From Euprymna scolopes (Eukaryota): a stretch of 64,000 bases of DNA. Position 1 is the first letter of the stretch. Each line of letters opens with the position of its first letter. Positions 12,701-26,000 of the stretch are shown here, in pieces. Below the pieces are notes generated by a model. The model was not told where the DNA came from. It saw nothing but the letters and a program-made list of their open reading frames with translations, and did no database searches. Location: the NCBI GenBank assembly GCA_053919585.1, contig CM132806.1. The stretch is one strand, 5' to 3'. Position numbers and translations under genes: made by a program.

Positions 12701-14188
12701 GTGTCTGTCACCTTCCTTGCCCTATAGCAGTCCTGGTAGAAATGAAAGAGAAAGGTTGTTTGAGGAAGAACGCCTTCTTGGTCACTTTTTTCAGTTTCGG
12801 CTTGTTCTCTTTTAGAGAAAGAGATTTTTTGGAGCTCTGTTGATTGTTACTACACTTTTGATATAATTTCATTACCTGTTAATTACAGAGCAACAAGGCC
12901 TTATCAGCTGTGAAATTATTTCTTTCAAGACGACCACTGCGAGAACTGGTTGTGTTTTTTGGGACGACTTCTGTAAGAGTTACTGAAGTTAAATTTGTTA
13001 ACCAGCCTGAAAAGAAAACATGAAGGTTTAGACTGTGCCATGCTGCTCCTATGACTGGAAGGAAATAGATTCTGTCATGAGAATTCCTACAAGTTTTTTC
13101 CATTAATAATGCCGAGTTTGTATTTTATTTCATTCTCTGATAATTAAAGAGCAAGAAGGTTTTATCACAAAATTTGTTTCAAAGGAACTCCTCTTCATAG
13201 AAGGACATTTTTATTTTAAAAAAACTAGATTAGGACCAGAAGGTCCCAGACGATTGAGAGAGCTTCTCTCAAAGAGAAGGACTGAAAGAATAGAACATTT
13301 TAAAGATCTTTTATAGTTTTGCATGTTTCTCGCTTTTCAGGTTTTTATATTAAGTAAAGTTTTTTCTTTATTTTAAATAGGAAAATGAGAAGTTTCTTCC
13401 TATAATTTGTTGCTGTCAGTTGGACGATTTATCGTCCAACTTTGTCATTCGAATCGACAGAGCTAATTCTGGAATAATCTCTCAATTATAGACCCTTTTT
13501 ACATATGTTTCTATCTTTTTTATTGTTACTTTAAGGGTAATTTCACCCTTGCTTTGAGAAATAAAAGCATCAACATTTTATTCAAGTTTAATCAATCCTT
13601 GTCTAAACTAATTAATTTTTCGGATCTAATTTACATTTGGTCCTTTTTTATTTGGTCCCCTTTTTATAGCTACCTTTGCTATTATCTACATGACTTTGAC
13701 GTTATTTTATTCAGTGCAAGTACGAGACTTTGCTTTTACCATTTTTCCCCAATTTTTTATATGTTTGTTACACAATAAAACATATTCTGGTAATAACTCC
13801 AAATTATGTAACTAGATGTATCCATTACAAATGAAAACTGAGCATCAGACATCTGAGATGCCCAGCAACGATGTGTTTGCAGATTTTATTTTTAATTTTT
13901 ATCTCCTTAAAAACTTTCAGCTAACTTTTATTTAAAGTAATAGCTTTATTTTTCCTATTTGTTAAGTTCGATAAAAAAAATAGTTTTAAAATAGCAAGAA
14001 GAATAAATAATTATAAATACTGATTTAAATACAAAATGGTTTAACTGTTATGTGCTAAATAGGATAGGGGAGGTAGAAAATAAATTTTCTCAATATGGAG
14101 GACTTGCCTCTAAAAACTTATTTTAGTAGGATCCTGTTACTGACAAAATATGGTATGTAGTTCTAAATTGGCATTCATTTAAACAAAG

Positions 14189-17100
14189 TGTAATGAAAAC
14201 ATGACAAAAGATTCCATATAGTAATCTTTTATTCAATTAAGAAACTTGACAAGTGGAAATGTACAGCTTTTATAGCTTGGATTATCAAAGAGGAGATAAT
14301 CCATATTCACAATATTTTTCCCCACCACATTTATCACTGAATGTTTAGGCTCCCTACGAGCTCAAAGTGCCTCAGCAGTCCATGATTCAGGGTTGGAGTA
14401 CTCAAAAATATCATGTGTCGTTGGAGACATCGGAAATGAAGTTCAAATATCAAGTTTCACAAGGAGAATATTATTTAGCTAAACATGAAGATTGAATTTA
14501 AAGTGACAGTGATCCATATAAATCGCAAATTCAGTGCGAGCCTGTCTGTGGGCTCCAAAATACCTCACTTCAAAATGTTTCCTTCTCAGAGGAGCAGGCT
14601 GTTCCGTGTCAGAATCAGTCTCTTGATGAACATGTTTTTTCGACGCTAGTCTTTCATCTTTCAGGGATTCAGGTGTTGGCCCATCCGAGGTGTCTGATAG
14701 AGCTCCAATGAAAACAGTGTTATTAGACAACGTGCTGGGAGCAATTTTAGTTCCATGAGCTTCCAGAGGGGCTTCAGTGTCAGAGGGAGTTAGTCTGTCT
14801 TCAGGGGCTGTGACGGTCCTGGTATATATCCAGCAGGTGCTATGTCTCTACCAGCTGCATGTCATACTAGAGCGTACTGGGTGTTTGCCTCTATGAGCTT
14901 TACCTCATCCACCAAAGGACCATTCTTGGTGTAACACGCATGTCATCTCAGAAACACAGTACTGGATTGAGAGAGCCCACATGGAAGCGAAGCTTCCACT
15001 GAACTCCATCGCTAAAAAAGTAAAAACCTTTTGTGTGGGATAACATTCATGGCGGTACATAATAGGGATAGAATGGCATATAATGCAACAGGAAAAAAAT
15101 GTTCTCAATCATCAATCGAACATCCGTCATTTGATGCAGCCAACTGAAAGTCTTCTAAATAATGCCGTTATATCTTTCACATTGGCCATTATTTAGGGTT
15201 GTAGGGAGTTGTCTGGCTTATAGCTACTCTTCGTTTTTGTAGAAATTGTTAAAGCTGCTCTGACATGAAAGAAGCTCCTCAGTCCGAATGTATATAGGCA
15301 GGAATTCCAAAGACAGCGAATAGTGAACAGAGACATTGTATAATTGCAGTAGCTGATATGTCATAGCAAGGGAAGGAAAAGAAACCGTGTGTATTTGTCG
15401 ACAACAGTTAATATATATCAGTTCCTTGTTTTGCTAAGTAGCGGTCCTTTAAAATCAAGATTGAGTCTTTCAAACGGTTGTGTTGCTTTTATTAAAACAC
15501 CAGTTTTGGGTTTATAAAATCAAGGCTTTATTAAAGCACATGTTCGGCAGAGATTTATAATTCTTTTTACCTCCTCCACTGAGAGAGGCAAGTTTCTACA
15601 CCTAACAGCATGAACCATTCGAGTAATGCCTAGATGACAGAGATTGTTATAGAGCATTTGGAGTTCATCCCCGCTTGATGCCATACACCATACTCTTGAC
15701 AGTGTATCAGCTGTTAAGTTCTCCTTGTCAGATCGGTAGCTGATGTCAAAGGAGAAACAAGATAGTTCAATTCTCCACCTCGCTATTTTCTCATTCTTTA
15801 TTTTGCTTGTAGTCTTAGAGTTGAACGTAAAAGCAATTGACTTTTGGTTAGTAATAAGTTTAAAGTGGCATTCGATCAGGTAATGTCGCCATTTTCTTAA
15901 TTCCTCAACTATGGCGTAGGCTTCCTTTTCAATTGCAACTCATGAGATGGTCCTTGAAAAATAGGCTATAGCACGATTAACTTGTCTCAAAGAAGACTAT
16001 AGGACGATCAGCTTGTCTCAAAGCACAATTTGACATATCTATTTTAACAACCAGAGGAATAGTTTGGTCTATTGTTGCAATTGCTTATTTCGCAGTATCC
16101 TTTTTCAGTCCTTCAGTCCCTTGAATGCCTCAATGGCTTGACGGGACAGAGGAAATGTCTCTACTTATGTTAATGGATGTATCTTTTCTGAGAACAATGC
16201 AATCCACTGGGAGGATTGAGCAAACATGCCCATAGCACATCGAAAAGAAGGCTGATCATAAGGGACAGGCATCTCGAGTAAAGGTTTCAATTGATCTGCA
16301 TCCAGTGCTATAAAACCTTTGCTTATGGTATACCCCAGTAGGCTTATTTTGTCCAGTCAAAACAAACATTTGTCGTTGTTTAGGGTAAGATCGTATTTGT
16401 GGGTGGTGGACATGAACCATCTGAGATTTTCATTGTATTTCCTTTTATTATAGCTAGATACTGTGACAGTGTCAATGTACACTAATATGCCCTCCAGTTT
16501 CTCATCCATTATGATTTGGTTGACTATCCTTTGGAAGCTGGCTACCCTATTCGCAATGCCACAAGGAATCATGCAATATTGATATAATTGATCATTTGCC
16601 TTGAAAGCTGTGTATAACTTGTCTTTAGGTTTAATGGCGATCTGATGATATGTGCTTTTCAAGTACAGAGTGCTAAACATGCGATATTTGGCTATTTAGC
16701 CTATCATTTCATCTATTCTGGGTAGTGGCAGGGCATCCAAAAGAGTAAATTTATTTATGGTTTGGAAGTAATCTATAACCATTCCATTTTTTTGGTTTTC
16801 AGAAATGGTTATAACTATCTGAGCCCTCCAGGATGATTTGCTAGGCTTAATTATACTCTCCTCGAGTAGTCTTTTTATCTCAAAATCAACAATTTTTTTA
16901 TTATTATAAGAAAAATGTCTGCTTCTCACTGCTATTGGGTTTGCAGTTTTTAGTTAAGTTTTCGAAAAGTGATGGGTACTGGATTTTTGTTGTCACTAAT
17001 CCACAAATTTTCAATGCAGGCATTGAACTGTCAAACAGAATTTCAATCTGTGAGTATTGCTGCAAAAAATCGTGCCCCAGTATTATTTTGCAACAAAGGT

Positions 17101-18320
17101 TTTTCATTAAAGATAATTTAGTGGTTTTATAGGAAACGTCATAAATAGTAAATCCACCAAACAATAACCACTTACTTGTGCAGACAATGATGCATTTGCC
17201 ATTGTTACTCTACTGAGGAAGGAGACAAAATAAAATTTGTTAGTTTCTACCAAACTTTCTTTGATAAAATTTTCTGAGTTCCCAGTATCGAGCAGAGCAT
17301 TCATAGATCTCCTGTTAATTTTCACTTTTACAATAGTTTTTAAAAGGCAGTCAGGGGAGGCAGCTAAAGTTGCAGATGTATTCTGGCAAGTGGCTTTGTA
17401 TGGGGCTGTAGAAGACTTGCATACCTTTGAAAAATGATCTTATTTTCCACATTTATGACAACGAGTATTTCTGGTGGGGCATGAAACTCGTAGGTGTTTA
17501 GATAAGCCATAAAAATAGCAGGTGTCCAATTTTAAATCAGCAGTGACCGATCATTCTTGAAGTTTCGTTGGACTATCGTCATGAGGGGAGGGGCAGTAGG
17601 AAAAGATGGATTTAGCACGGCACCCACAGTGTTTGCCTGCCAATAAGAACTAGACTGCTGTATAGTACATTCGAAGGTATAAGCTTACTCGTAATCTTTG
17701 TGTAAGGGTCTTATTCTCAAGAAGACGTTGTTTTACCTGAGCATTATGTAAACCGTTAATGGAGGTGTCCAAAATATGTTGCTCTTGGGTCTCTAATGCC
17801 GTCATTGGGCAGAAGTTGCAATCTTTGCCCAGTGTCCAAACGCTCTTAAGGAAATGGTTCAATGTTTCACCTAATTCTTGTCAGCGAGTTGTAAGTAAGT
17901 GTCTAGAAAATATTTAATTTTCGAAGTTTATGTATGTAGTGTTCAGTACATAGATTACTTTTTCATAGGTAACATAATCCGAGATAATTTTGTTGACTGT
18001 AGTTGGTTAGGAGCACATGCTTATTGATGGGACGTCCCACTCTTTCTGAATGCAGAACCTTGACGAAATTTGTAAATGTCTCCTGCCAATGTTTCCAGCA
18101 CTTGTTGTCTGAATCGCTTTCTGGATCTGTGGTAAATCACTCTGGTCGCATAAATTGTTCCATTCTTAATTGAATAAATTGTAATGAAAACAGGACAAGA
18201 GATTCTGTCTAGTAATCTTTCATTCAATTAAGAATCTTATTACTCGTCTACTTGACAAGTGGAAATCTACAATTTTTATAGCTTGGATTATCAAAGGGAA
18301 GATAATCCATATTCACAACA
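14189..18320 (-). mobile_element. Ty3/Gypsy LTR retrotransposon A (short LTRs, decayed gag-pol)
   Basis: LTRs at 14189-14314 and 18180-18320; 5-bp TSD CAAAG/CAACG; polypurine tract at about 14315-14328; minus-strand fragments of gag, protease (LLDTG), RT (16357-16929), RNase H and integrase. Confidence 0.92.
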
Positions 18321-18653
18321 CAACGTATAGATGGTGGGAAAATATGATTAAAAAAAGCCCTTGATAGAATAAAGAGATGGTGGGTCTCGATTTTAATCAG
18401 AAAATATGTGGTTCTAACATTGTTAATATTAAGTTAGAATTATGGATTTTTAATACTTTTCCACTATTACCATCTTGGTATATGTTAATTAACACATTTC
18501 TCTTGAGAAATCAAATAGGAAAGAAAAATGTTGTTTTTTTTTTTCCGTTCAATGCAGATATATTTTAAAACCTTTTGAAGGTTGAGCGATTCTGATTTTG
18601 TATTTCAGCATATTTCAACCATTCTTTTTTTTTTTTAATGAAAATTATTTGTA

Positions 18654-18855
18654 CAGGGTGACCCCAAAAAAACGTGATATCTCCATTATCTATTCACCGA
18701 TTACCCTTATTTTACAGGACATGGCAGAATCAACGCCCGTGAGTACACCAAACCCCCAAGTGGAACAAAGAATACACTGTGTTAAATTTCGTTCAGACAA
18801 AACACTAAGAAACGGGGCCTACTTAGAGCTGGGCCCGTTTTTTGGGGTCACCCTG
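18654..18855. mobile_element. Tc1/mariner-type MITE
   Basis: TIR CAGGGTGACCCCAAAAAA(A)CG at both ends; TA duplication. Confidence 0.88.
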
Positions 18856-18912
18856 TATTATCAAAAGACATTTTAGAATTATTTGTATTATCAAAGACAT
18901 TTTACAATTCCG

Positions 18913-19085
18913 NNNNNNNNNNNNNNNNNNNNNNNNNNNNNNNNNNNNNNNNNNNNNNNNNNNNNNNNNNNNNNNNNNNNNNNNNNNNNNNNNNNNNNNN
19001 NNNNNNNNNNNNNNNNNNNNNNNNNNNNNNNNNNNNNNNNNNNNNNNNNNNNNNNNNNNNNNNNNNNNNNNNNNNNNNNNNNNNN
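18913..19085. other. Assembly gap (N run)
   Basis: Run of n. Confidence 1.
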
Positions 19086-19089
19086 TTGT

Positions 19090-19440
19090 CATATTGCTGG
19101 GTGGAAATGAGGATGAGCGCCTTCTCTCCTATAAAATACTCTCAAGGCATGCTCAAATCTATACCCTCTAACAATCTAGTCCTTTTCCTGGCCTTCATGT
19201 CTGGTTTGTCACTAAGCCCAGCGAACCTGTTCTACTGACAGGAGGGGGTTCATCAGGCGAGTAACTGGCGCCTTAAAACCAGTAGCTCTGAGTGGATGTT
19301 CTTGTCAGTCTGGCAAGACAGACCATCTAGGAAAAGGATACTTTGATTACAAACCACCGCTGTCTCACGGTACACCCCACCTGGTGTGAGATATTAGGAC
19401 TCTAGCCCAAGCTTATTGTGTATATACGTGTATGTGCATA

Positions 19441-19500
<60 letters not shown>

Positions 19501-22500
19501 CATGTGTGTGCATATGACTATTCAGATATATGTGCACTGGTCTGTAGCAATTCCCTGGCTGGTGTTTGGGGACCACTTTAAATCATTAGGAGTGATGGGT
19601 CCTTGAGTTACTGTTGTGGCACTCATCTAGGAGACGAAACTTCTGAACTAAAACTTGCAATCGATGCATTTACCAATCATCTTGCTTTTGTTTGTCATTG
19701 GGTCAAATTTGCAGGAATTCAGCGAGTGGCATTAATGTTGTATAAGCTTGTGCTATTTAAATCCATTGAAGTACAGAAATCACAATGATTTCAGATTATT
19801 CTTATCTAACCACTTCTCAAAGACCTGTGGCGAGAAAGGCATAGTGACATTGGGAGCACACAGTCATTTCACACATAGGTGGCAAGAATCTTATCATCGT
19901 TATGATATTCTGACATAATTTGATAGAGATATTTTCCAGTAGATATTTTTGTGATTGAGTAACTCTATTTAGGGACAGCACTGGTCGCCCATCATATGGG
20001 AAGGTGCTAGAAAAAGTGCACAAAAAATTGCCCATCAGAACCTAAATTGGTTAGCTTACTGCGACTAACTGTGATTCACTATAGCAGGAACAACAAAAAC
20101 AAGATATTTACAAGAAGTAGGTTGAAACTGAACATAATTTGGTGGAACGTCAGAACTCTCTTTGATCTTGAAATAAGGGAATGTTCAGAGCAATGAATGG
20201 CACTGCTTACAAATGAGTTACAAAGATTTAACATTGATATAGCAGATTTGTCTAAAACACGTTTTTCAGGCGAGGACCAAGTTACTGAAGTTAAGTTAGG
20301 TCACACACTTTTTTGGCAAGGTAAACCAATAGACTAGAAGCGGGATGGTCGTGTTGGTTTTGCGATCAGATCCACTCTTATTGACAAGACTGAGCATCCA
20401 ACTGAAATCATTGATCGTCTCATGAAGGTCAGAATCCGTCTGGCATTGGTCGATGCTTGTCAGTTCTGTTGGTGCATGCACCAACTATAACATCCACAGA
20501 GGAAAGCAATATGTCCTTTTTATAAGCCTCTTTGAAGTATCATTGTACCAATTGAGAAGCTGATTGTCTTTGATGATTTAAATGCATGAGTTGATCAGGA
20601 ACATGACATGGGATGCACTTGGCCGCTATGGCATCAGCAAAGTTGACAGTAATGGTTTACTTCTACTGCAGCTTTGTTCAGAATTGATCTTGTTGTGCCA
20701 ATATGTTCTTCCATCAAAAGCACAAACATCAAGTCACATGAACGACCACGATCAAAGCATGGGCACATGAGCGACTTTATACTAACACGTAAAAGTAACA
20801 TAAGAGGCACGTGCAATGTGCATGTTTTACATAGTGCTGATCATAACATTGATCATAGCTCATAGTTCATGGAAAATTTAAGCTGTGCATTCACAGGAAA
20901 ACTTGAATGGAATGGGGTTAGGGTTCCAAAATATATTGATGTCTCTAAACTAAAAACATCCTGCAATTTGCATGGCTTTGAATAAAAAATTAAGCACAAT
21001 TGAGTTTGATGATACCTGGGAAACTTTTAAAAATCAGGTACATACTTCTGGGGTAGAGGTCCTCCGTCTAAAGAAGTTTGCACACTAGGGCTGGTTTGAT
21101 GATAATGATCAATTGATAAAGGCTTTCTTGGATGCAAAAAAAAGTTCCTTCATGAAACACTTTTGAATGATGATCTCAAAAACAGAACAGTCATTGAAAG
21201 AAACTACATGGAGCATAAGGTGGTTCTACAGAGAGAACTGAGGAGAATGAAGAATGTATGGTGGTTCAATTTATCTGCAGAAGTTCAATCTGCTTGTAAC
21301 CGGAAAGATACCAATGACCTATATAGTCTTCTTAAGCAGGTTTTTGGCCCATAGCCTGTACCTTTACTGTCCTAGGATAAGTCAACTCTCATCAAAGATC
21401 TAGATAAAATAAGGGAGCGATGGATGAAGTACTTTGCTTATTTGTTTTTCAACCCATAAATTATTGATGAAAATGTAATCAATAGTTTACCTAAACTTGA
21501 CATTCTTCATCACATGGATGAGTTACTCTCAGTTGATGAGGTGGTTTTGGCTATGAAAAAAATGAAGACAGGGAAGACACTAATCTGGTTTGCCATTGAG
21601 CTGCTTCAACATGGAGGTAAACATGTAACTAATGCATTACACATGCTGATTGAAAAGTCTAGGCTGGGTTCACCAATACCACAAGATTGGATAAATGGCC
21701 TTTAGTTTCTCTATTCAAGGGTAAAGGAACAAAATCTGATTGTGATCACCACCATGGAATAATGCTTCTTAAATCAACAGGGAAGGTGCTAATGAGGGTT
21801 TTGTTGGAAAGACTCATCGTTAACATCTGTCTGTTAATTATTCTTGAGGCGTAATGAGGTTTTACTGAGAGTAGGGGTACTATGGCTATGATATTTACTG
21901 CAAGGCATTTACAGGAAAAATGTATTAAACAACAGATGCTACTTTATTAAGTATTTGTGGACCTAACAAAAGCATTTGACACTGTAAACATAGAGTCCTT
22001 ATGGGTAATTCTTGGGAAAATTAGATGTCCTTCTACTTTTGTCAATATGTTTCAAGAACTGCATAGAAACATGAAGGCCTGTGTTGCATTTAACGGGCAA
22101 TTATATTGGGAGTTTGAGGTTGACAATGGCATGAAACAGGGGAATATTCCGGCTCCAGCTCTAGTCTCCATTTACTTCACAATGTTTCTTGCATACACAT
22201 TTAAAGATTGTAATAAAGGTGTCTTTCTCCGCTTTAGGGTGACTGGCAAAGTATTCATCTAAGAAGATTTAACACCAACTCACAAACGTTTGGGGGCTTA
22301 GTCAGAAACTACTTTATGCTGATGATGCTGATTTTGTATCTCATTTAGTACAAGAAATGCAAGATATAATTAATTGTTTTTCAGCTGCATATGACGCATT
22401 TGGCTTAACTATCAGCATTAGGAAGACAAAAGTAATGTTCATCTCTGTAGTTGGTGCGCCATACATTGAACCAAATATCTCCAGAGATGACTCCCTGGAT

Positions 22501-22570
22501 GTGGACATATGTCTTAGCATTCAGTAGGCCAGCATGGCATTTGGAATACTAGAAAAGCGGTTCTGGGGTT
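19090..22570 (+). mobile_element. RTE-clade LINE, decayed (APE endonuclease plus RT)
   Basis: WNVRTL at about 20143, GRYGISKVDSNGLLLL, DLTKAFDTV, GMKQG and LYADD at about 22312; many stops. The 5' boundary is approximate. Confidence 0.85.
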
Positions 22571-23001
22571 TCTAATACAATAAATTACTCCTCATATTGG
22601 AACCATTTGACGAGAACAAGTACACCCCCTTTTGCTTAAAGGATTTTTCATTTTTCAATCTAAGAGCAATAATTAATGGTCAATGTGCACTAGAGTACTA
22701 ACAAAAGTCTTATCTTTAAAAAATTGATTTTTAGGGGTATTCAAATCTGTATTGCATATTGTGTTCACTGGTCGCCATGTTTGTTTTTGCATGGGCAAAA
22801 ATTTAATGTGCGCACTATTTATTGTATTAGAAAGAGTGCACACATATAAGTATACCAAAGAGTTTCCCCGTTAATTTAAAAATTGTAAATGTCAGGTGAT
22901 AAAACTTGAAAATTGCATATTAAACAATAAAAGAAAAACTTTGACCAGGTAAAACCTTTGTAAATGTAGGGTGACGAAACTTGAAGATAACCATAAATAT
23001 G

Positions 23002-26000
23002 TGTTGTGAAGTGAGAACAAAAGAAACGTTTACCTAGAATAAAGGCTTTAATAAACTAATAGAAAATACTAGAGAGCACACAGCAAGGGGAGATAATCAG
23101 ACAACACAGTAAACACAAAATACAAGAGTTTTAATATTATGCCATTCTTTCCCTTCTCAAAAAATTAAAGTTATAGTATTAATTAAAGTTAATTTGTCAC
23201 AGTCATTGATAACGTGATGGTTTTCGACGTTTGCATAAGGATCGTCATAGGGTCCCTGGGCATTCAGATTTAGGAGGGGGTAATAATTCCTCCAAGTCCA
23301 TAGGTACCATGGGGGAAGGTTTATGTTCAGGAAAGGAAAAATCAGCATCAGCATCAGGATCAATGGGCATTGGAGAAGATATTTCAGGTGTTGTATTTTG
23401 TTCTTCGGTGGAAGTTAGATTAGCTAAGTTATTCTCAGCACAAGGATTGTTCGACTTTTCTGGATGAACCAAGGTTTCAGTTGCGGTCAGCTTTTCAGAT
23501 AGACTCAAGTTTCCAATGGGAGCTAGGTCACGTACAGAGACCATAGGCTCTTGTCCGTCATTAAACTGCACGTGGGCGTACTGAGGGTTTGCTTTTAAAA
23601 GTTGCTCCTCATCGACTAAGGGTTCATATTTACTATGGAGAACATGACGAGGTAGTAATACAGGTTCTGGTACAGTTCGCCAAGAGGGTAGAAAATGACC
23701 ACTAAGTGACTTCCGTTGGTTGGAAAATAGTCTCTCATAAGGAGTGGCATTAGTTGCAGTACACAGTAGAGATCTGATTGAGTGTAATACTATGGAAAGT
23801 ACAGTCTCCTACTGTGACTCTTTGAGGTTACTAGAATCCAATGCCATGGATACAGTTTTCCATATAACGTCATTATATCGCTCACATTGTCCATTTCCTC
23901 GAGGGTTGCTATGCCTAAACTTGTGAGATACTCCCGTAGGTCTTTGGATACAAATGAAGTTCCTCGATCAGAGGGGATGTATGAGGGTGTCCCAAACATT
24001 GTAAAAATTTGGAATAAACATTCGATTACTACATAAGTAGTTATATTTGCACAAGCAAAAGCAAATGGAAAACGTGAGCACTCGTCCATTACTACTAGTA
24101 GGTACTGGTTCTTCAATGTAGATGGGAGCGGTCCTTTGAAATCTATGTTGAGTTTTTCCATTGGCTGAGTAGCTTTGATAAGAGGGGTTGAGTTTAGAGA
24201 GTGGAACCTTGGTTTCCATCGTGCACATATGGGGCATTCAGCGCACACTTTCTTGATTTCTTCTATCGAATAAGGAAGATTTCGAACTTTCACAAAATGT
24301 GCCATTCGTGTGATTTCCGGGTGGCAGAGAGACATGTGGATATCTGATAGTTTAGTTTTGTTGTTGATGGCTCCACAATAAGTTTGTGAGAGTGTATCAG
24401 CAGAAATCTTATTTCTTCCTGGCCGATACATGATATCATAATCGTAGCATCCCAATTCCATTCTCCATCTTTGAATTTTATTGTTTTTAATTTTTCCGGG
24501 TCTTTTTGAATTGAACATGTAGTTCACTGCTTCTTGGTCAGTAACTATTATGAAACGCTTAGTAGATAGGTAGTGTGACCACTTTTTGATTGCTTCCACA
24601 ATAGCATATGCTTCTTTTTCCACGGAAGCATGCTTGCATTCAGCATGAGAAAGAGACCTCGAGAAAAAGGCAATTGGTCGACCAGCTTGATTGAGCGGTA
24701 TCTAAGGCATCAGTTTCAATCACTAGGGGAAGATTTTCATTTATTGAATGGAGCAGAGCCTTTCCGATTTCGTCTTTAATGTTATTGAAGGCCTTCTTAG
24801 TTCTATATTGATGGGAAAAGAGTCATTGTTAATAAGAGGTTTTATTTTCTCGGAGAATTTCGATTGCGAATAATATGAAAATAATCCAATGACTCAGCGC
24901 ATAGCAGTGTTGTCTTTCAGAAAAGGTAGTTCCTTGAGTGGTCATAGTCGTTCACCATCTGGTTTAATTGTTCCGTGTGTTATTGTGTAACCAAGGAAAT
25001 CTATTGAGGTAGTTGACAATATAGACTTTGCTTCGTTGAAAGTCAGGTTAAGGACCTGAGCATCTTTCGGAAATTTTGCAAGATTTTCGTCATGCTCCTT
25101 TTGGGTATTCCCGACTATAACTATATTGTCAACATATGCATAAACTCCTTGCAACTTATGTTGCTTGATGATGCTGTCCATTGTTCTTTGGAAACAAGCG
25201 ACACCATTAGTGACGCCAAACAGAACTCTATAAAACATAATTTTCTGTTCACCTCAAAGGCAGTGTAGATTTTCTCTTCCTCTCAAATGGATATTTGATA
25301 CACACTCTTTAAATCCAGGGATCTGTAAATTTTATATCTGAAAATTTCAGCAGCAAGATCGTCCATCCTTGGTAGAGGGCCAGTGTCTAATAATGTGAAT
25401 CTATTGATTGTTCGACTGTAATCAACAACCAATCTTTTTTATGAGACGCTCACCAGTAACTATTAAAACTTGGACTCTTCAAGGTGAGGTACTTTCTTCA
25501 ATTACTCCTTCCCGAAGCATTTTTCAATTTCTGACCGTATAAATTGTGTAGAAAATGTGTAAGGAAAGTCCTTTAAAATTACTGCGCCCTCTGTAGATGT
25601 ATAAGGAAAATCCTTTAAAAGTACTGTGCCCTCTGTAGATGTGTAATGTTGCAGCAACGTAAAGCAATTCAATAACAAGTAAACACCGGTTCTGCACGGA
25701 ATCATACTAGCAAGGTACCTAGATGGACGCGAACGGTTACTCAGAATGGGCCCAACAATTGGTTACTCAGAACGGTCCCAACAACGGTAAGATATGCTCA
25801 CACCCACACGGCACGAGAAGCAACAGCAACACGATTCCCGACCAAGTCAATTATCGCTCTCCCAACGTCTTTCAATCACCCACTTTTATGGCCGTTGCAG
25901 GCCGGCTAAATTTGCATATTGCGAGAATTCATGTGACTTTGCGAGATATCATCCTTTCCAAAGACGGCAGCCGCCATCTTGATCTTTCTTTCTCTATTTT

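Noticed and set aside
12530-13780. Possible retroelement ORF remnant on the minus strand (vaguely similar to 1-530)
   Set aside because: No diagnostic motif could be read; left unclassified.
18823-19606. ORFs with X runs or YI repeats (also the LS and TH repeat ORFs at 4651, 7007, 33460 and the gap ORF at 52013)
   Set aside because: Artefacts of N gaps and microsatellites.
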